Source: a virus
Virus record (IMG/VR): IMGVR_UViG_3300042569_002054
Strand: one strand, 5' to 3'
DNA length: 64,000 bases
Below the pieces are notes generated by a model. It had not been told where the DNA came from and ran no database searches. It saw only the letters and a list, made by a program, of their open reading frames with translations. Shown here piece by piece: positions 9,301-19,371 of this stretch (position 1 is the stretch's first letter; each line of letters opens with the position of its first letter). The position numbers and the translations under genes were made by a program.

Positions 9301-11110
9301 ATTAAAAAATGTTACAAAAAGACTTATTAGAGAACTTTTAAATGAACAAGATTATTTTGAAACAATAAAAAACTCTGACCCATTTTTATATGATGGTATT
9401 AAACAAAGAATTAAATTTTTTAATCCGTTATTCCATTCTATAACACCTGAAGGTTTTAACTCAAGAATCACATTTTTAAATCAATGTGTAAGACCAGGTA
9501 GAACTATACCGACAACAACTAATAACCAAGGGGGTGTTAAAAACAAAGATGCGTTTAATACTAATTTTGGTAGACCTCCAATTTTAATTTTAAGAGTTGG
9601 TGATTTTTATAATTGTAAAATTGTACCCGATACATTATCTTTTACTTATGAACAATTAGATTTTAATCCTGAAGGAATTGGTGTACAACCGACAATCGTT
9701 AGTGTTAAACTTGGTTTTAAAATGATTGGTGGTCATGGATTAAAAGAACCAATTGAAAAACTTCAAAACGCTTTGAGTTTTAATTTCTATGCAAATACTG
9801 AAGTATATGATGAAAGAGCTGACGCTACCGACGAAACGGAAGTTGAGTCTTTTATTTTAAGTAATCAACAATCAAGTAATGTTAGTCAAGCAAATGCTGC
9901 ATTTGCAAATTCAACACCTTCTATGAGTAACCAACTTAATACCCAAATAACAAATAATGGGGGTACACAAGCTGGAAATATTACTAATTCACAAACTTCA
10001 GGTGGTGTTGAAACGGGTACATTATTATATGGTGGTTTATTTGATAATACGGTTGTTTATACTCAAAACTATTTTAATAATATTGAAAGTTTTGTGACAA
10101 AAATTATTCAAACCACAAATTACGGTGTTTATAAACAGGTGAGTTCTGAAAAACAATTTTTAATTGGTTCATTAAATAGTTTAGATACTCCAGTTACAAA
10201 CGTTAAGATACTTGGTAAAATGTTTAATTACAACAATTATCTTTTAAATGTTGCAAATGAACTGAGTACTGAAATTACTAATGGAACTGATTTTTTAATT
10301 TCAGCATTAATCATTAATAATGTATCAACATCAGACATTAGAGCTGTAAGAGCTAATTATATATCACAAGTATCAAATCAGGTTAATAGTATAATTTCTA
10401 AAATATCTAGTCAAATACAAAGTGTTTCTAATACACAAGTTAGTATATATCAAAATTATCGAAAACTTGATTTAATATGTTCATCAACGGATGGTAAAAT
10501 TACATCTCTTGGTAGTCCTTATGTTTATACTCTTACAGGATTACCTGACGGAGTAAGTGACACACTAACTTCAATAAGAACAGACTATATTAAATTAGCA
10601 TCTGATATTCAATCATACTATACATTATTGAATTCTAATGATATTATTATTGACGTGACAACTCCAAGTACAACATTTATACCTATATCAAGTCAAAATA
10701 TTACAGGTAATTTAAATAGATTTTTTACTCTTTTTTGTAATGAAATAATTGACAACAACTCAAGACAAAGTTTAATTAATAATTTAACTCTAAATTTAGT
10801 TTCAGACACTATACAGTTAACAAAAAGTATTGTTGAAACAACTATTAATGGATTAGTCCCAAGTTTTACAATTGAAAAAAATGCTCAAACAAATAAAGTT
10901 GATACTTTCTTTAATTCACCTGACTATTTAAGTTATAAAAATTATAATCCACAAGTCTCAAACCAAAGTATTGTTGGAAAAACAAGAAATTTCTCTTATA
11001 CAAGTGCAGGTGCAACTCCTACACAAAACGAAAATTTGAAAAATTTGTATTCGAATGTGAATGTTAATTTAGATAAAACGACCTTTAACGGAAAAATAAT
11101 TTTTGACTGA
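6332..11110 (+). CDS. Large baseplate hub / tube-initiator-like protein with possible OmpA-like domain
   Basis: 1592 aa; WFPPYDLTF...FIGRPEPIYTYKNTKRSGSLNFKIIVD and FGRPPILILRVGDFYNCKI segments resemble gp48/gp54-type tube initiators. Confidence 0.55.
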   Translation: MAVEFLSFNNSEQFRKALVARNLAPYSVQGNFTAPQGLQNYPIKLQDNSPADSESVSSNLYIEPAYSTRMNLYSPAGQFFDGALIVDNTVLPGGTGIENNPLGTSQPYSLQSDRIVSNNEQFINNVEVINRYLPPEGYEDLFVTSDLILGKLSAGSQVYGDGRAAPIIFVQGDYTIYEILFGEAALANDSFLQQLAAQSLREATQSRIAREIERNTLGAINLDTLTNPFNATLLATGQQPFIYRDYTITKPDGLLDYAAFFIQKLSGTYLPASPIEGSYFSDVELLRLRPLQALGNLGGGNIINRPNPSIKFLQNTGAGTKSVLFNALNYNRFKPNYAITSTQVGNFINNLFDNFTSIGNLYVGRQETDITNIVSPPNASPIDAFGIPTQAPVYGPDKVGILYEGDQNFQFGLAGLNYEQKPSFDGGFVWITEFTKPEIGRNVGQGGQLLSNNPNFAPLASSYNQVLSTNYTFRPGSILDVTQRLINSTPAQGADRLGHVGNAINQASKVFSDGYKILTKGSKVKKYVNNSGTEVGQEYCRIFTKDKPYYTYANLQKTVANDSGLETNGNIRRFTYSVLDSTYNLNITPFKNGGTNVINGQVKKYMLSLENLAWKDTPEYNQLPSAEKGPNGGRVMWFPPYDLTFDDSSTPSFNETDFIGRPEPIYTYKNTKRSGSLNFKIIVDHPSVLNLIVNKELQNQSNSTVTSIVESFFAGCKRYDIYELAQKFSSLSLGTIDEVYQQVLESLDTSESDKVDALTQIPQEDNSGPKELPNLSSYVGNALYFDSDPRDSNYNQPYPDIYEYEVVLNINSAFFDGVDASKSFLENTITPNYENFIELAQEIADALVNDNEVKIDLKATNFGVGNFSGPESQNLGEDRKQSIIDYFNQLTYQGTNISDYVEAKRLKIDVNSGTIDNYKPKDSSQTYNCNGNNIADEYNVIRVACSALVISKITVQPYTPFGTRVAKSVSEGYNNTIGLKQVPVADFQSKLKNVTKRLIRELLNEQDYFETIKNSDPFLYDGIKQRIKFFNPLFHSITPEGFNSRITFLNQCVRPGRTIPTTTNNQGGVKNKDAFNTNFGRPPILILRVGDFYNCKIVPDTLSFTYEQLDFNPEGIGVQPTIVSVKLGFKMIGGHGLKEPIEKLQNALSFNFYANTEVYDERADATDETEVESFILSNQQSSNVSQANAAFANSTPSMSNQLNTQITNNGGTQAGNITNSQTSGGVETGTLLYGGLFDNTVVYTQNYFNNIESFVTKIIQTTNYGVYKQVSSEKQFLIGSLNSLDTPVTNVKILGKMFNYNNYLLNVANELSTEITNGTDFLISALIINNVSTSDIRAVRANYISQVSNQVNSIISKISSQIQSVSNTQVSIYQNYRKLDLICSSTDGKITSLGSPYVYTLTGLPDGVSDTLTSIRTDYIKLASDIQSYYTLLNSNDIIIDVTTPSTTFIPISSQNITGNLNRFFTLFCNEIIDNNSRQSLINNLTLNLVSDTIQLTKSIVETTINGLVPSFTIEKNAQTNKVDTFFNSPDYLSYKNYNPQVSNQSIVGKTRNFSYTSAGATPTQNENLKNLYSNVNVNLDKTTFNGKIIFD

Positions 11111-11433
11111 TGGCTAACGAATATTACAATAGATACCAAAATTTTACTGTTGATGGAACAACTACATATATTCCTTTTGTTAACATTCCATTAAAAACTA
11201 CTGATAAGAAATACATCTATAAATTAGGTGTATCAAGATTGGATAAAGTTTCTCAGTTATATTATAACTCACCGTTTTATGGTTGGTTAATATTACAGTC
11301 AAATCCACAATACAGTGGTTCTGAATTAAATATTCCTGATAACGCCGTGTTGAATATACCATTCCCTTTATTGAGTTCTTTGTTAGATTATAAAACATCG
11401 GTGAAAGAATATTTCTATTATTATGGAGAGTGA
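11110..11433 (+). CDS. Baseplate protein, gp53 / LysM-like tail X family
   Basis: 107 aa; RLDKVSQLYYNSPFYGWLILQSNP...LNIP; TGATG overlap with upstream stop. Confidence 0.7.
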   Translation: MANEYYNRYQNFTVDGTTTYIPFVNIPLKTTDKKYIYKLGVSRLDKVSQLYYNSPFYGWLILQSNPQYSGSELNIPDNAVLNIPFPLLSSLLDYKTSVKEYFYYYGE

Positions 11434-14400
11434 GAATATATACGTTTTTCCAAGTACATGTGATAACATTTTTGTTATTAACCCAAATAAGGTTACTAAC
11501 CAATATGGTAACGCTGAAGATAGGAATATAAAACAAGAAAACTTAATTTATTACGCTAATTTAGAATGTGACCTTGAACCAAGAAGTAGACTAATTTCAG
11601 GTGCGGACAAAACCACTGTAAAAACAGTTTCATTAGCAAGTATGAATTTCTTAAATCCTACAGGGACAGGAGCATTAACTACTGAATGGACATCAATCCA
11701 AGACAGAACGGCTAATCAAAACCAAATTGCTAATCAACTTCTTGGAATAAAAACAATTTCATACCGAGTAGGTTTAAGTTATATCCCAACAATCACAATA
11801 AATTTAGAGGATGTTAAAGGTAGAGCATTATTTGAAAGTGGTGAAAATTCACCATATTCTGCGTTTTTTAATTTACCATACCCGACATTTTATCTAACAC
11901 TTAAAGGTTACTACGGTAAAGCGGTTCAATATCCATTAATTTTACAAAAATTTACATCTTCATTTAACTCATCAACAGGTAACTTTGATATTAGTTTAGT
12001 AATGATTGGATATAAATTTAATGTTTTAACTGATATTACTATGGCGGAACTTTTTGCAGTTCCTCAGATGTATCTCAAGAGAACTAATGTTCCTCAAGGT
12101 GAAAATACGGGAAATCAAACACAAACTAATACTCAACAAATAACACAACTTGGGTATGAAAAGATTAGAGATGTTTACACAGATTACAAAAACTTAGGAT
12201 TAATTCCAAAAGATTTTCCCGAATTAACGGTACAACAGTTATCAACAAAGTTAGATAATTTTATCAATTATAGTTTAGCAAAGTTTGGTCAATCAAATCT
12301 AACACCACTTAATGATATTGATACATACTCACAAGATTTAACACAATATCGTGGAGAAATTTATAATTTTACTACTTCGTGGTTTAATTTAAATTTAGAC
12401 ACAACGAATTTCTTTATTTCAAACCCAATTAATAATGTAAGATATAAAATCTACACTTATAAGTTATCAAATTTTCAAAAATTAGATACAGTTGTAATCA
12501 ATGATATTGATACTCAATATTCTAAATTACAATCAATTATTACAAAAAATAATGAAAATTTAAAAAACAATACAACTTTTGGTTCAGGTGAATACAAAAT
12601 TGAAAACCCAATAGATATTGAAAATATAAGAACTGATGATACTAATATTGATTATGTTGAAACATATAAACAAAGAAATAATGTGGAAACAGTAAATCAA
12701 GAACAAGTTACATCAATTGTAAATCAAATTGATAATTTAAAAAATCTTTTTAAAGAAAGTGAAATTGGATTTTTATTTCAATTTGATGGGACAAGTAGAT
12801 TTTTAGATTTAACATATGAGTTAGATAAGATATTAAATGATAGAAAAACATTAATTGAAGATAAACTTACTAAAGAATTATCTAGTTTTATACAAACAAC
12901 AAGTGGTTTAGGATTTTCACCAACGATAAGAAATGTCGTTGCGGTTATTATGGCATCGGCAGAAGCCTTTTTAAGATTAATGCAAGATGTTCATAAAAAG
13001 GCGTTTGATGTTAGAAATAGTGAAATAAAAAAATTAGTAACTAAAAACGATTCCGCTTCACAGTTATCACCTGTATATCCTTGGCCACAATTTGTGGTTG
13101 AAAAAAATATTGATGGTCAAGTAAAATTTGAAATACAATATCCTGGTGATAATTCAGTTATATCAGTAACTAAAGGTAATAACTATACTATTTGGCCTGA
13201 AGTCGAGTTTGTTGAAGAGTTTTTAAAAGGTTATTTACAAAGAGAAACACCACCAGTTCCACCAATACCAACTAACGAAGGTATTAATCGAATTTTAATA
13301 TCAGGGTTTGATACTTTACCAAGTAATGAACCATATAGTAATTTAGCTGAAAGTAAATTTTTATATGAGGTTTGGGAAAGAATTCAAACTATAACACAAT
13401 ATAATGGATTTCAAAAAAATAATGACAGTTCTACTAATCAAAACATATTAAATTACTTAGCAGAAACAGAAAGTCTGAATGTGTTTAACGCCTTAAATTC
13501 GGGTAATCGAGAAAATTCGCCAAGATTAAATTTTCTTTTTAAAACATCGAACTTTACTAAAGATTCTTATTTTTCTGAACTTGTTAATTTACAACAGGAT
13601 TATTCAATTTATTCACAAGGGTATTTTGTAACTGATTATTTGAAAAGAGAAGTTAATGAAAATCCGAATAAAATTTTATTTGAAGATTTACCAACAATTC
13701 AAATAACCAATGATAAAGAAAAATACATGGTAAATTATTTAAATTCTAATGTCCATAATGATATTAGTTTTACTGATACATATCCATATATTGATTCAAA
13801 TTGGGATTACGTTAATTTAGCTGCTGGACAAAATAATTCAAAGTTTAAAAACATTAATTCGACGGAACTTTCAATTTATTATAATACATATTTTAAAAAA
13901 ATTACAAATTTTGAAAAATCTTCAGTTGTAGGTACTAATGGTGATAAAACCAAACTACGACCATATACTGATTATAATTGGAGGTCTAATGAGATAACAA
14001 CACCTGTTGATTTACAAACTTTTTACAATAATAGAAAACCTACAGAATTTTTACCGACAGAAGGATTTATTAATTATATTGACTCTAATTTAACTAATAA
14101 ACAAACAACTTCGATTCTTAATACACCTTATTTTGTTAATGCTATACAAAAAGGTATTAACACGACTTTAAATGGTCAAAGTAGTGCTTATTTAGAAGCG
14201 TCTTATCTTTTCTTAAACAGCTTACCTTTATCAACATTAAAAGAAAGATATTTGTCATTTGAAAATAATTTAAATACATATTCTGATTTTATTTTTGCAG
14301 GTTTAAAAAAATTTGGTGGTGTTCATAGGTTACCATATTTTTGGATTCTAAAATTAGGTTCAATTTGGAACCGATATAAAAATTATGTAAATAATGGAAC

Positions 14401-17400
14401 TGATTATATTACATCTATTTGGACTAATTTTAATTATTTGAATAATTTTGACCCGATTAATAATTTAGCATCAACTACGTATGTTTTATCTTCAGAAACA
14501 TTTAATACAACGTCAATTACATTAGAAAATACTCAAACATCAACAATAAATTATCATATTGGATTTTATCCAAAACTGATAAATGATTTTTATTTTTTAC
14601 ACAATGGTTCTTATTTATACAACCCAAACTCAGTTACTACTTCATTAGAGATACAAAACGCATTACAAACTGCACTTGATAAAAGAGAAATTATTTTATT
14701 TAATGCTAATCAATCAAACATACAATCAACAAATATTAATTTAAAAACTTGGACTGTTTTAATTAAAGTTAGTAATTCAGAAGGTGAAGAGTCTTATACA
14801 ATATGCCCTTCTTTTGGTACTACAACTAATCAAATTGAAAAAGAATGTTTTGATAATAATAAAAATAATATAATATCACTATCAAATAACCCAAGTGTTC
14901 ATAATGGTTCGGTAAGGTTATTTTGGGGGGCACCTAACTATGGGTATTTTAATACAACACCAATTAGAAAATCTGGTTATAATGAATATCTTAAAAAAGT
15001 TTATCCTGATAAACAAGAACAGGTAAGTTTTGAGTTATTTAGTGAATTTGTCTATTCAAATATTGAGGAATTATTTTCTGTTTTTGATACTGAAGAATTA
15101 AATAATTTTGAAATTGAATTTTTAAAATTTGCAAATCAGGGAAGTTCAAGTGTTTATTCTTTTGAGTCAATACTTAAAAAAATAACATTCTATAATGAAA
15201 AATCTGAAAATATTATTGGTGTTGACTATAACGAAATTGTTAAAAGTATTGCCACTTCACAAAGTTATGATGTTAATACAACAATAACAAATTCATTACA
15301 ATATGATGTACTAATTAAACGAGGAAATCCTACGGGATTTGATAAAAATTTATTTAACATACTTTCATCAAATCCATCACCGGCAATTGTAAATAGATAT
15401 AATATCCCAAACTATGAAACAACTCCAAATTCAGTACCGACTAACTTTGGTCTAACTTATAATGAATCAAAGTCTCTTTATCCAAACGAATGGAAGACTA
15501 TGGAACTTTACGTTGGGTTTTCAACAATTAATGGGTTAGAATATGATACAAATACTTCAGTGACAAATGAAAATTATTTAACTAATTTCTTTAGAGTTTT
15601 TAATATAGGTTTCACAGTTGATAACATTAAATTATTTAGAAATTTAATTAAAATGTATGGGACAACATCAATTTTGGGTAATTCTGGGAATATTGATGTT
15701 TTTAGAAATAAAATAGACACTTATTTAAGTGTTACTGATAACTTATCGGGAGAAACTTTCACAAATTTTATCACATCTTTACAAAAAAGATTAGGTGGAG
15801 GTAATACGAATACTGAAAAAATTGATTCGGTTTTAGAAGGGTTCCAGAGTAAAGTTGAATTATATGACATGTTTAAAGCAATTAATGATAAATGGATAGC
15901 TGGAAATGATTATACAAAAATTGATGAAAACTCTGACGCTCCACTATTTAAAGATTACTTATTTGTTGACAGAGCAAACAGAAATGTTGGTGATATATTT
16001 GTTGATATTGCAAAAGTAAATTCATATTTAAAAGGGGCGAATGTTAAAGCTAACGTTTTTACTGTTGTTGGTTCAATAATCAAAGACCATAATTTTGTTA
16101 GTTTTTTAATGCCGTCATACATTAATTTTTATGGAAGACAAACCCCAACTGGACAGGATGAAACTTCAAAAAATACTGAACCAAATGAATTTGCAAATAA
16201 TTTGTTTGGAACATTTGATACTGTTGATTATCAAAGTTCAAAACCAAAAATGTTAAATATATTTGTAGATAAACCTTCACAACAAACGGATAATAAATCC
16301 AAACTTAATGGATATAAAGATGATGGTTTAGATATTACAATATGTGCGGAAAATTCTGTTGGAGTTGACGCATCTCAAAAAAGAAATTTTTCTTTAGAAA
16401 ATAGAATAGTTGGTTTTGCGGTTGACTTTGAATTACAAAATCAAGGAGTTTTTAAAAAAATAAATGTAAGTCAGGATTTAGGTAAGGCTACAAGTGAATC
16501 CCTAATGGCTGAGTATAATTTAGCTAACTCAAGTGCGGGAATTCAAACATCGACACAAAGTGTTAGTTTATACAACATTTATAAAACTAGAAGTTATGCG
16601 GCATCCGTAGAGGCAATGGGTAATGTTATGATTCAACCATCAATGTATTTTGTTTTAAGAAACATACCATTATTCGCTGGTTCTTATTTTATAACTGAAG
16701 TTAATCATAATATAGGATTAGAAGAATTTTCAACATCATTTACAGGTACGAGACAAGCTATTGCAACATTACCAAAAGTGGACACACTTTTCCAAACAAT
16801 TAAAAAACAATTATTAACTAATTTAGGTAGTACATTTAAAAATCAAGGAGGGTCTACTACAGGTATACCTAATAATTCTGTACAAATAAAAAATAGTATA
16901 ACTAATTCTATAATTGGTGGTAAAATAATGTCTAATACACCAAATTGTAATAAAGATGAAGCTTATTCTAATTATACAAAATATTCAGAAACTAATAAAA
17001 ATGAAGGTGCGGATGTTATTGTTTCGGCAATTAAAGTATTACCTACAACTGATAAGGTTAGACTTTGTATTTTTATTAGTTGTTGGATTGAATCTGGATT
17101 ATCTATAAATGAAACTACACATCGTTTACAGTTTTTTGGTAATAATATTGCGGGGGTAACATTAGATTACGATTATCCTGGTGAACTTAAAAATTACCTC
17201 ACTTCAAATTTCATGTGTTTAACTAATAACTCTAGTCAATACACACAAACATATGCAGTTTTTGAAAGAGAAAACAGTTTATATGAATTTATGATTGCTG
17301 CGTATCCTGACAATATTAATAATACAGTAAATAATATAACTGACAAGGATATTTTTGCAACTGAATTTTCTAAATTTTGGATTGAATATTTTCCATATAA

Positions 17401-17530
17401 TAAAGTAGTTAACACTCCAACAATTTTTAATGACTATTCACAAACAAATAAAGAAAATTATCAAAAACTGTTAAGTAAAATTAAAAAAGGATTTGATATT
17501 TACCAAAGTATTATTCCTATTAATGAGTAA
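11423..17530 (+). CDS. Giant baseplate hub protein (gp27/gpD-like fold with large insertion) with possible C-terminal muralytic domain
   Basis: 2035 aa; N-terminal TINLEDVKGRALFE...FYLTLKGYYG; late ASVEAMGNVMIQPSMYFVL...GSYFITEVNHNI; terminal WIESG...GNNIAG. Confidence 0.55.
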   Translation: MESENIYVFPSTCDNIFVINPNKVTNQYGNAEDRNIKQENLIYYANLECDLEPRSRLISGADKTTVKTVSLASMNFLNPTGTGALTTEWTSIQDRTANQNQIANQLLGIKTISYRVGLSYIPTITINLEDVKGRALFESGENSPYSAFFNLPYPTFYLTLKGYYGKAVQYPLILQKFTSSFNSSTGNFDISLVMIGYKFNVLTDITMAELFAVPQMYLKRTNVPQGENTGNQTQTNTQQITQLGYEKIRDVYTDYKNLGLIPKDFPELTVQQLSTKLDNFINYSLAKFGQSNLTPLNDIDTYSQDLTQYRGEIYNFTTSWFNLNLDTTNFFISNPINNVRYKIYTYKLSNFQKLDTVVINDIDTQYSKLQSIITKNNENLKNNTTFGSGEYKIENPIDIENIRTDDTNIDYVETYKQRNNVETVNQEQVTSIVNQIDNLKNLFKESEIGFLFQFDGTSRFLDLTYELDKILNDRKTLIEDKLTKELSSFIQTTSGLGFSPTIRNVVAVIMASAEAFLRLMQDVHKKAFDVRNSEIKKLVTKNDSASQLSPVYPWPQFVVEKNIDGQVKFEIQYPGDNSVISVTKGNNYTIWPEVEFVEEFLKGYLQRETPPVPPIPTNEGINRILISGFDTLPSNEPYSNLAESKFLYEVWERIQTITQYNGFQKNNDSSTNQNILNYLAETESLNVFNALNSGNRENSPRLNFLFKTSNFTKDSYFSELVNLQQDYSIYSQGYFVTDYLKREVNENPNKILFEDLPTIQITNDKEKYMVNYLNSNVHNDISFTDTYPYIDSNWDYVNLAAGQNNSKFKNINSTELSIYYNTYFKKITNFEKSSVVGTNGDKTKLRPYTDYNWRSNEITTPVDLQTFYNNRKPTEFLPTEGFINYIDSNLTNKQTTSILNTPYFVNAIQKGINTTLNGQSSAYLEASYLFLNSLPLSTLKERYLSFENNLNTYSDFIFAGLKKFGGVHRLPYFWILKLGSIWNRYKNYVNNGTDYITSIWTNFNYLNNFDPINNLASTTYVLSSETFNTTSITLENTQTSTINYHIGFYPKLINDFYFLHNGSYLYNPNSVTTSLEIQNALQTALDKREIILFNANQSNIQSTNINLKTWTVLIKVSNSEGEESYTICPSFGTTTNQIEKECFDNNKNNIISLSNNPSVHNGSVRLFWGAPNYGYFNTTPIRKSGYNEYLKKVYPDKQEQVSFELFSEFVYSNIEELFSVFDTEELNNFEIEFLKFANQGSSSVYSFESILKKITFYNEKSENIIGVDYNEIVKSIATSQSYDVNTTITNSLQYDVLIKRGNPTGFDKNLFNILSSNPSPAIVNRYNIPNYETTPNSVPTNFGLTYNESKSLYPNEWKTMELYVGFSTINGLEYDTNTSVTNENYLTNFFRVFNIGFTVDNIKLFRNLIKMYGTTSILGNSGNIDVFRNKIDTYLSVTDNLSGETFTNFITSLQKRLGGGNTNTEKIDSVLEGFQSKVELYDMFKAINDKWIAGNDYTKIDENSDAPLFKDYLFVDRANRNVGDIFVDIAKVNSYLKGANVKANVFTVVGSIIKDHNFVSFLMPSYINFYGRQTPTGQDETSKNTEPNEFANNLFGTFDTVDYQSSKPKMLNIFVDKPSQQTDNKSKLNGYKDDGLDITICAENSVGVDASQKRNFSLENRIVGFAVDFELQNQGVFKKINVSQDLGKATSESLMAEYNLANSSAGIQTSTQSVSLYNIYKTRSYAASVEAMGNVMIQPSMYFVLRNIPLFAGSYFITEVNHNIGLEEFSTSFTGTRQAIATLPKVDTLFQTIKKQLLTNLGSTFKNQGGSTTGIPNNSVQIKNSITNSIIGGKIMSNTPNCNKDEAYSNYTKYSETNKNEGADVIVSAIKVLPTTDKVRLCIFISCWIESGLSINETTHRLQFFGNNIAGVTLDYDYPGELKNYLTSNFMCLTNNSSQYTQTYAVFERENSLYEFMIAAYPDNINNTVNNITDKDIFATEFSKFWIEYFPYNKVVNTPTIFNDYSQTNKENYQKLLSKIKKGFDIYQSIIPINE

Positions 17531-17567
17531 TTTCATTATTGATGAATATTTATAATAAAATAATATT

Positions 17568-17792
17568 ATGAACACTAAACAAATTTTAGATAGATACTTG
17601 GGTAAGAGTACACGAATTACTGAAACTGATAAAGGAAATGGTTTTAAAGAAGTGTGTGATTTAGATACTGGTGATTGTTATACAATCAGAATGAAGGATG
17701 GATTAATTGAAAGAGTTAACAATACTCTTAATACTAATAAAAAAATAAACGTAGAAACAACACAAGGTTTCAAACAATTACTGAACGGTTAA
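17568..17792 (+). CDS. Hypothetical protein (74 aa)
   Basis: ATG start 13 nt after TATTTATA, fills gap, phage-like codon use. Confidence 0.7.
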   Translation: MNTKQILDRYLGKSTRITETDKGNGFKEVCDLDTGDCYTIRMKDGLIERVNNTLNTNKKINVETTQGFKQLLNG

Positions 17793-17793
17793 G

Positions 17794-18456
17794 ATGGCAA
17801 TTTCAGAAACAATTATTGAAGAGTTAAGAAGATATAATAAAATTAATAATTATATTACCGAACAAGAAACGGGATTACCACCGGCACCTGAAGGTGACCC
17901 TAACGCGGCTTTACCACCGGCACCTGATGCTGAAGCTTTACCACCGGCACCTGACGCTGGTATGGGAGCGGCAACACCACCAACTGCAGAACCTATTGAT
18001 GTGGCATCAGACCCTGATGTTGAAAAACTTGATGACGAAAATGAATCATCAGAAACTGAAGAATTAGAAATTACTGATTTAGTAAAATCACAACAAAATA
18101 TTGAAACAAAACAAGAAGAATATTTTAATAATTTATTTAACCAATTAACTGATTTAGAAAGTAAGTTAAGTAATATGGAAAATATTTTTACTAAATTAAA
18201 TGATATCGAAGCTAAGATTGAAAAATACAGAGAAAAAACTCCACAAGAAAAACTTGAACTAAGAAGTTTAGACTCAGGGCCATTCAATCAAAAATTGACT
18301 GACTTTTTTGTTGACAAACAAGAAGATATTGAAAAGTCAGGAAAAAATGAATATGTTTTAACAACTGATGAAGTTGAAGATTTTACTCCTTCAGAAATTA
18401 AAACAACTTTTAACAATTACGGAGAAGAAACACAATACAAACCTTTGAAATTCTAA
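17794..18456 (+). CDS. Hypothetical acidic protein with LPPAP repeats and coiled coil
   Basis: 220 aa ORF adjacent to previous stop; three LPPAP(E/D) repeats; heptad-like C-half. Confidence 0.75.
   Translation: MAISETIIEELRRYNKINNYITEQETGLPPAPEGDPNAALPPAPDAEALPPAPDAGMGAATPPTAEPIDVASDPDVEKLDDENESSETEELEITDLVKSQQNIETKQEEYFNNLFNQLTDLESKLSNMENIFTKLNDIEAKIEKYREKTPQEKLELRSLDSGPFNQKLTDFFVDKQEDIEKSGKNEYVLTTDEVEDFTPSEIKTTFNNYGEETQYKPLKF
17875..17954 (+). repeat. Three identical 17-nt direct repeats TTACCACCGGCACCTGA (coding LPPAP)
   Basis: Copies at 17875-17891, 17911-17927, 17938-17954, all in the same reading frame. Confidence 0.9.
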
Positions 18457-18464
18457 ATTTCAAA

Positions 18465-18496
18465 TTTGACTATTACGGCTGACACACTTATACTTG
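18465..18496 (+). promoter_or_regulatory. Host-RNAP (early/middle) promoter upstream of SSB
   Basis: TTGACT(18466)-N17-TATACT(18489); also reads as Bacteroidota-type TTTG-N20-TATACTTG (one mismatch to TAnnTTTG). Confidence 0.7.
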
Positions 18497-18525
18497 AATA
18501 TTAACTAATAAATTATACACACAAA

Positions 18526-19365
18526 ATGGCGACAAATTCCCTAGATGCTGTACTCGCACAGTATGAAAAAGCGAAAAGTGGAGGTAACTCTGCAAACAAA
18601 ATGTCTCAAGAAGACAGAATGAAAAAATATTTTGCAGCAATCTTGATGCAAAATGAGAACTCAGGACAGAAACGTCTTCGTATTCTACCTACACCTGATG
18701 GGTCATCACCCTTCAAAGAAGTATGGTACCACGAAGTACAAGTTGAGGGTAAATGGAATAAAATCTATGACCCAGGAAAGAACGATAACGAGCGTTCACC
18801 TTTGACTGAAATTCATGATGAATTAATGTCAACAGGTAAAGAGTCTGATAAAGAACTTGCAAAGGCGTATAAGCCACGTAAATTCTATATCGTTAAAGTG
18901 GTTGACCGTGATAACGAAGCGGACGGAGTTAAGTTCTGGCGTTTTAAACACAACTACAAGAACGAAGGTATTCTTGATAAAATCATTCCGATTTGGAAAG
19001 CTAAAGGTGATATCACTGACCCTGTTAATGGTCGTGACCTTATCATAGAATTGACAAAGGCAAAGACACCAAAAGGTGCTACTTACACAGTTATTCAGAC
19101 TGTTATGCATGATGACCCAACACCTGTTCACACAGACGCTGAGACTGCTAAGGCTTGGACTGAAGACCCACTTACTTGGATGGATGTTTACTCTAAGAAA
19201 CCTGTTGAGTATTTGGAAGCAATTGCTCGTGGAGAAACTCCAAGATGGTCATCTGATTTAGGTAAATACGTTTATGGTGATAGTTCATCTGACGAAGGTA
19301 CTATCGGTGGTTCATATGTTGACCCACAGGCAGAAGCAGAACCAGATGGTGATTTACCATTCTAA
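18526..19365 (+). CDS. gp32: Single-stranded DNA-binding protein (T4 gp32-like)
   Basis: LRILP, SPFKEVWYH, YIVKVVDRD...GVKFWRF, DITDPVNGRDL; acidic tail ending DGDLPF. Confidence 0.85.
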   Translation: MATNSLDAVLAQYEKAKSGGNSANKMSQEDRMKKYFAAILMQNENSGQKRLRILPTPDGSSPFKEVWYHEVQVEGKWNKIYDPGKNDNERSPLTEIHDELMSTGKESDKELAKAYKPRKFYIVKVVDRDNEADGVKFWRFKHNYKNEGILDKIIPIWKAKGDITDPVNGRDLIIELTKAKTPKGATYTVIQTVMHDDPTPVHTDAETAKAWTEDPLTWMDVYSKKPVEYLEAIARGETPRWSSDLGKYVYGDSSSDEGTIGGSYVDPQAEAEPDGDLPF

Positions 19366-19371
19366 TTTATA

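Noticed and set aside
17875-17954. 17-nt triple direct repeat as an operator or origin iteron
   Set aside because: All copies are in frame and encode LPPAP; intragenic duplication explains them.
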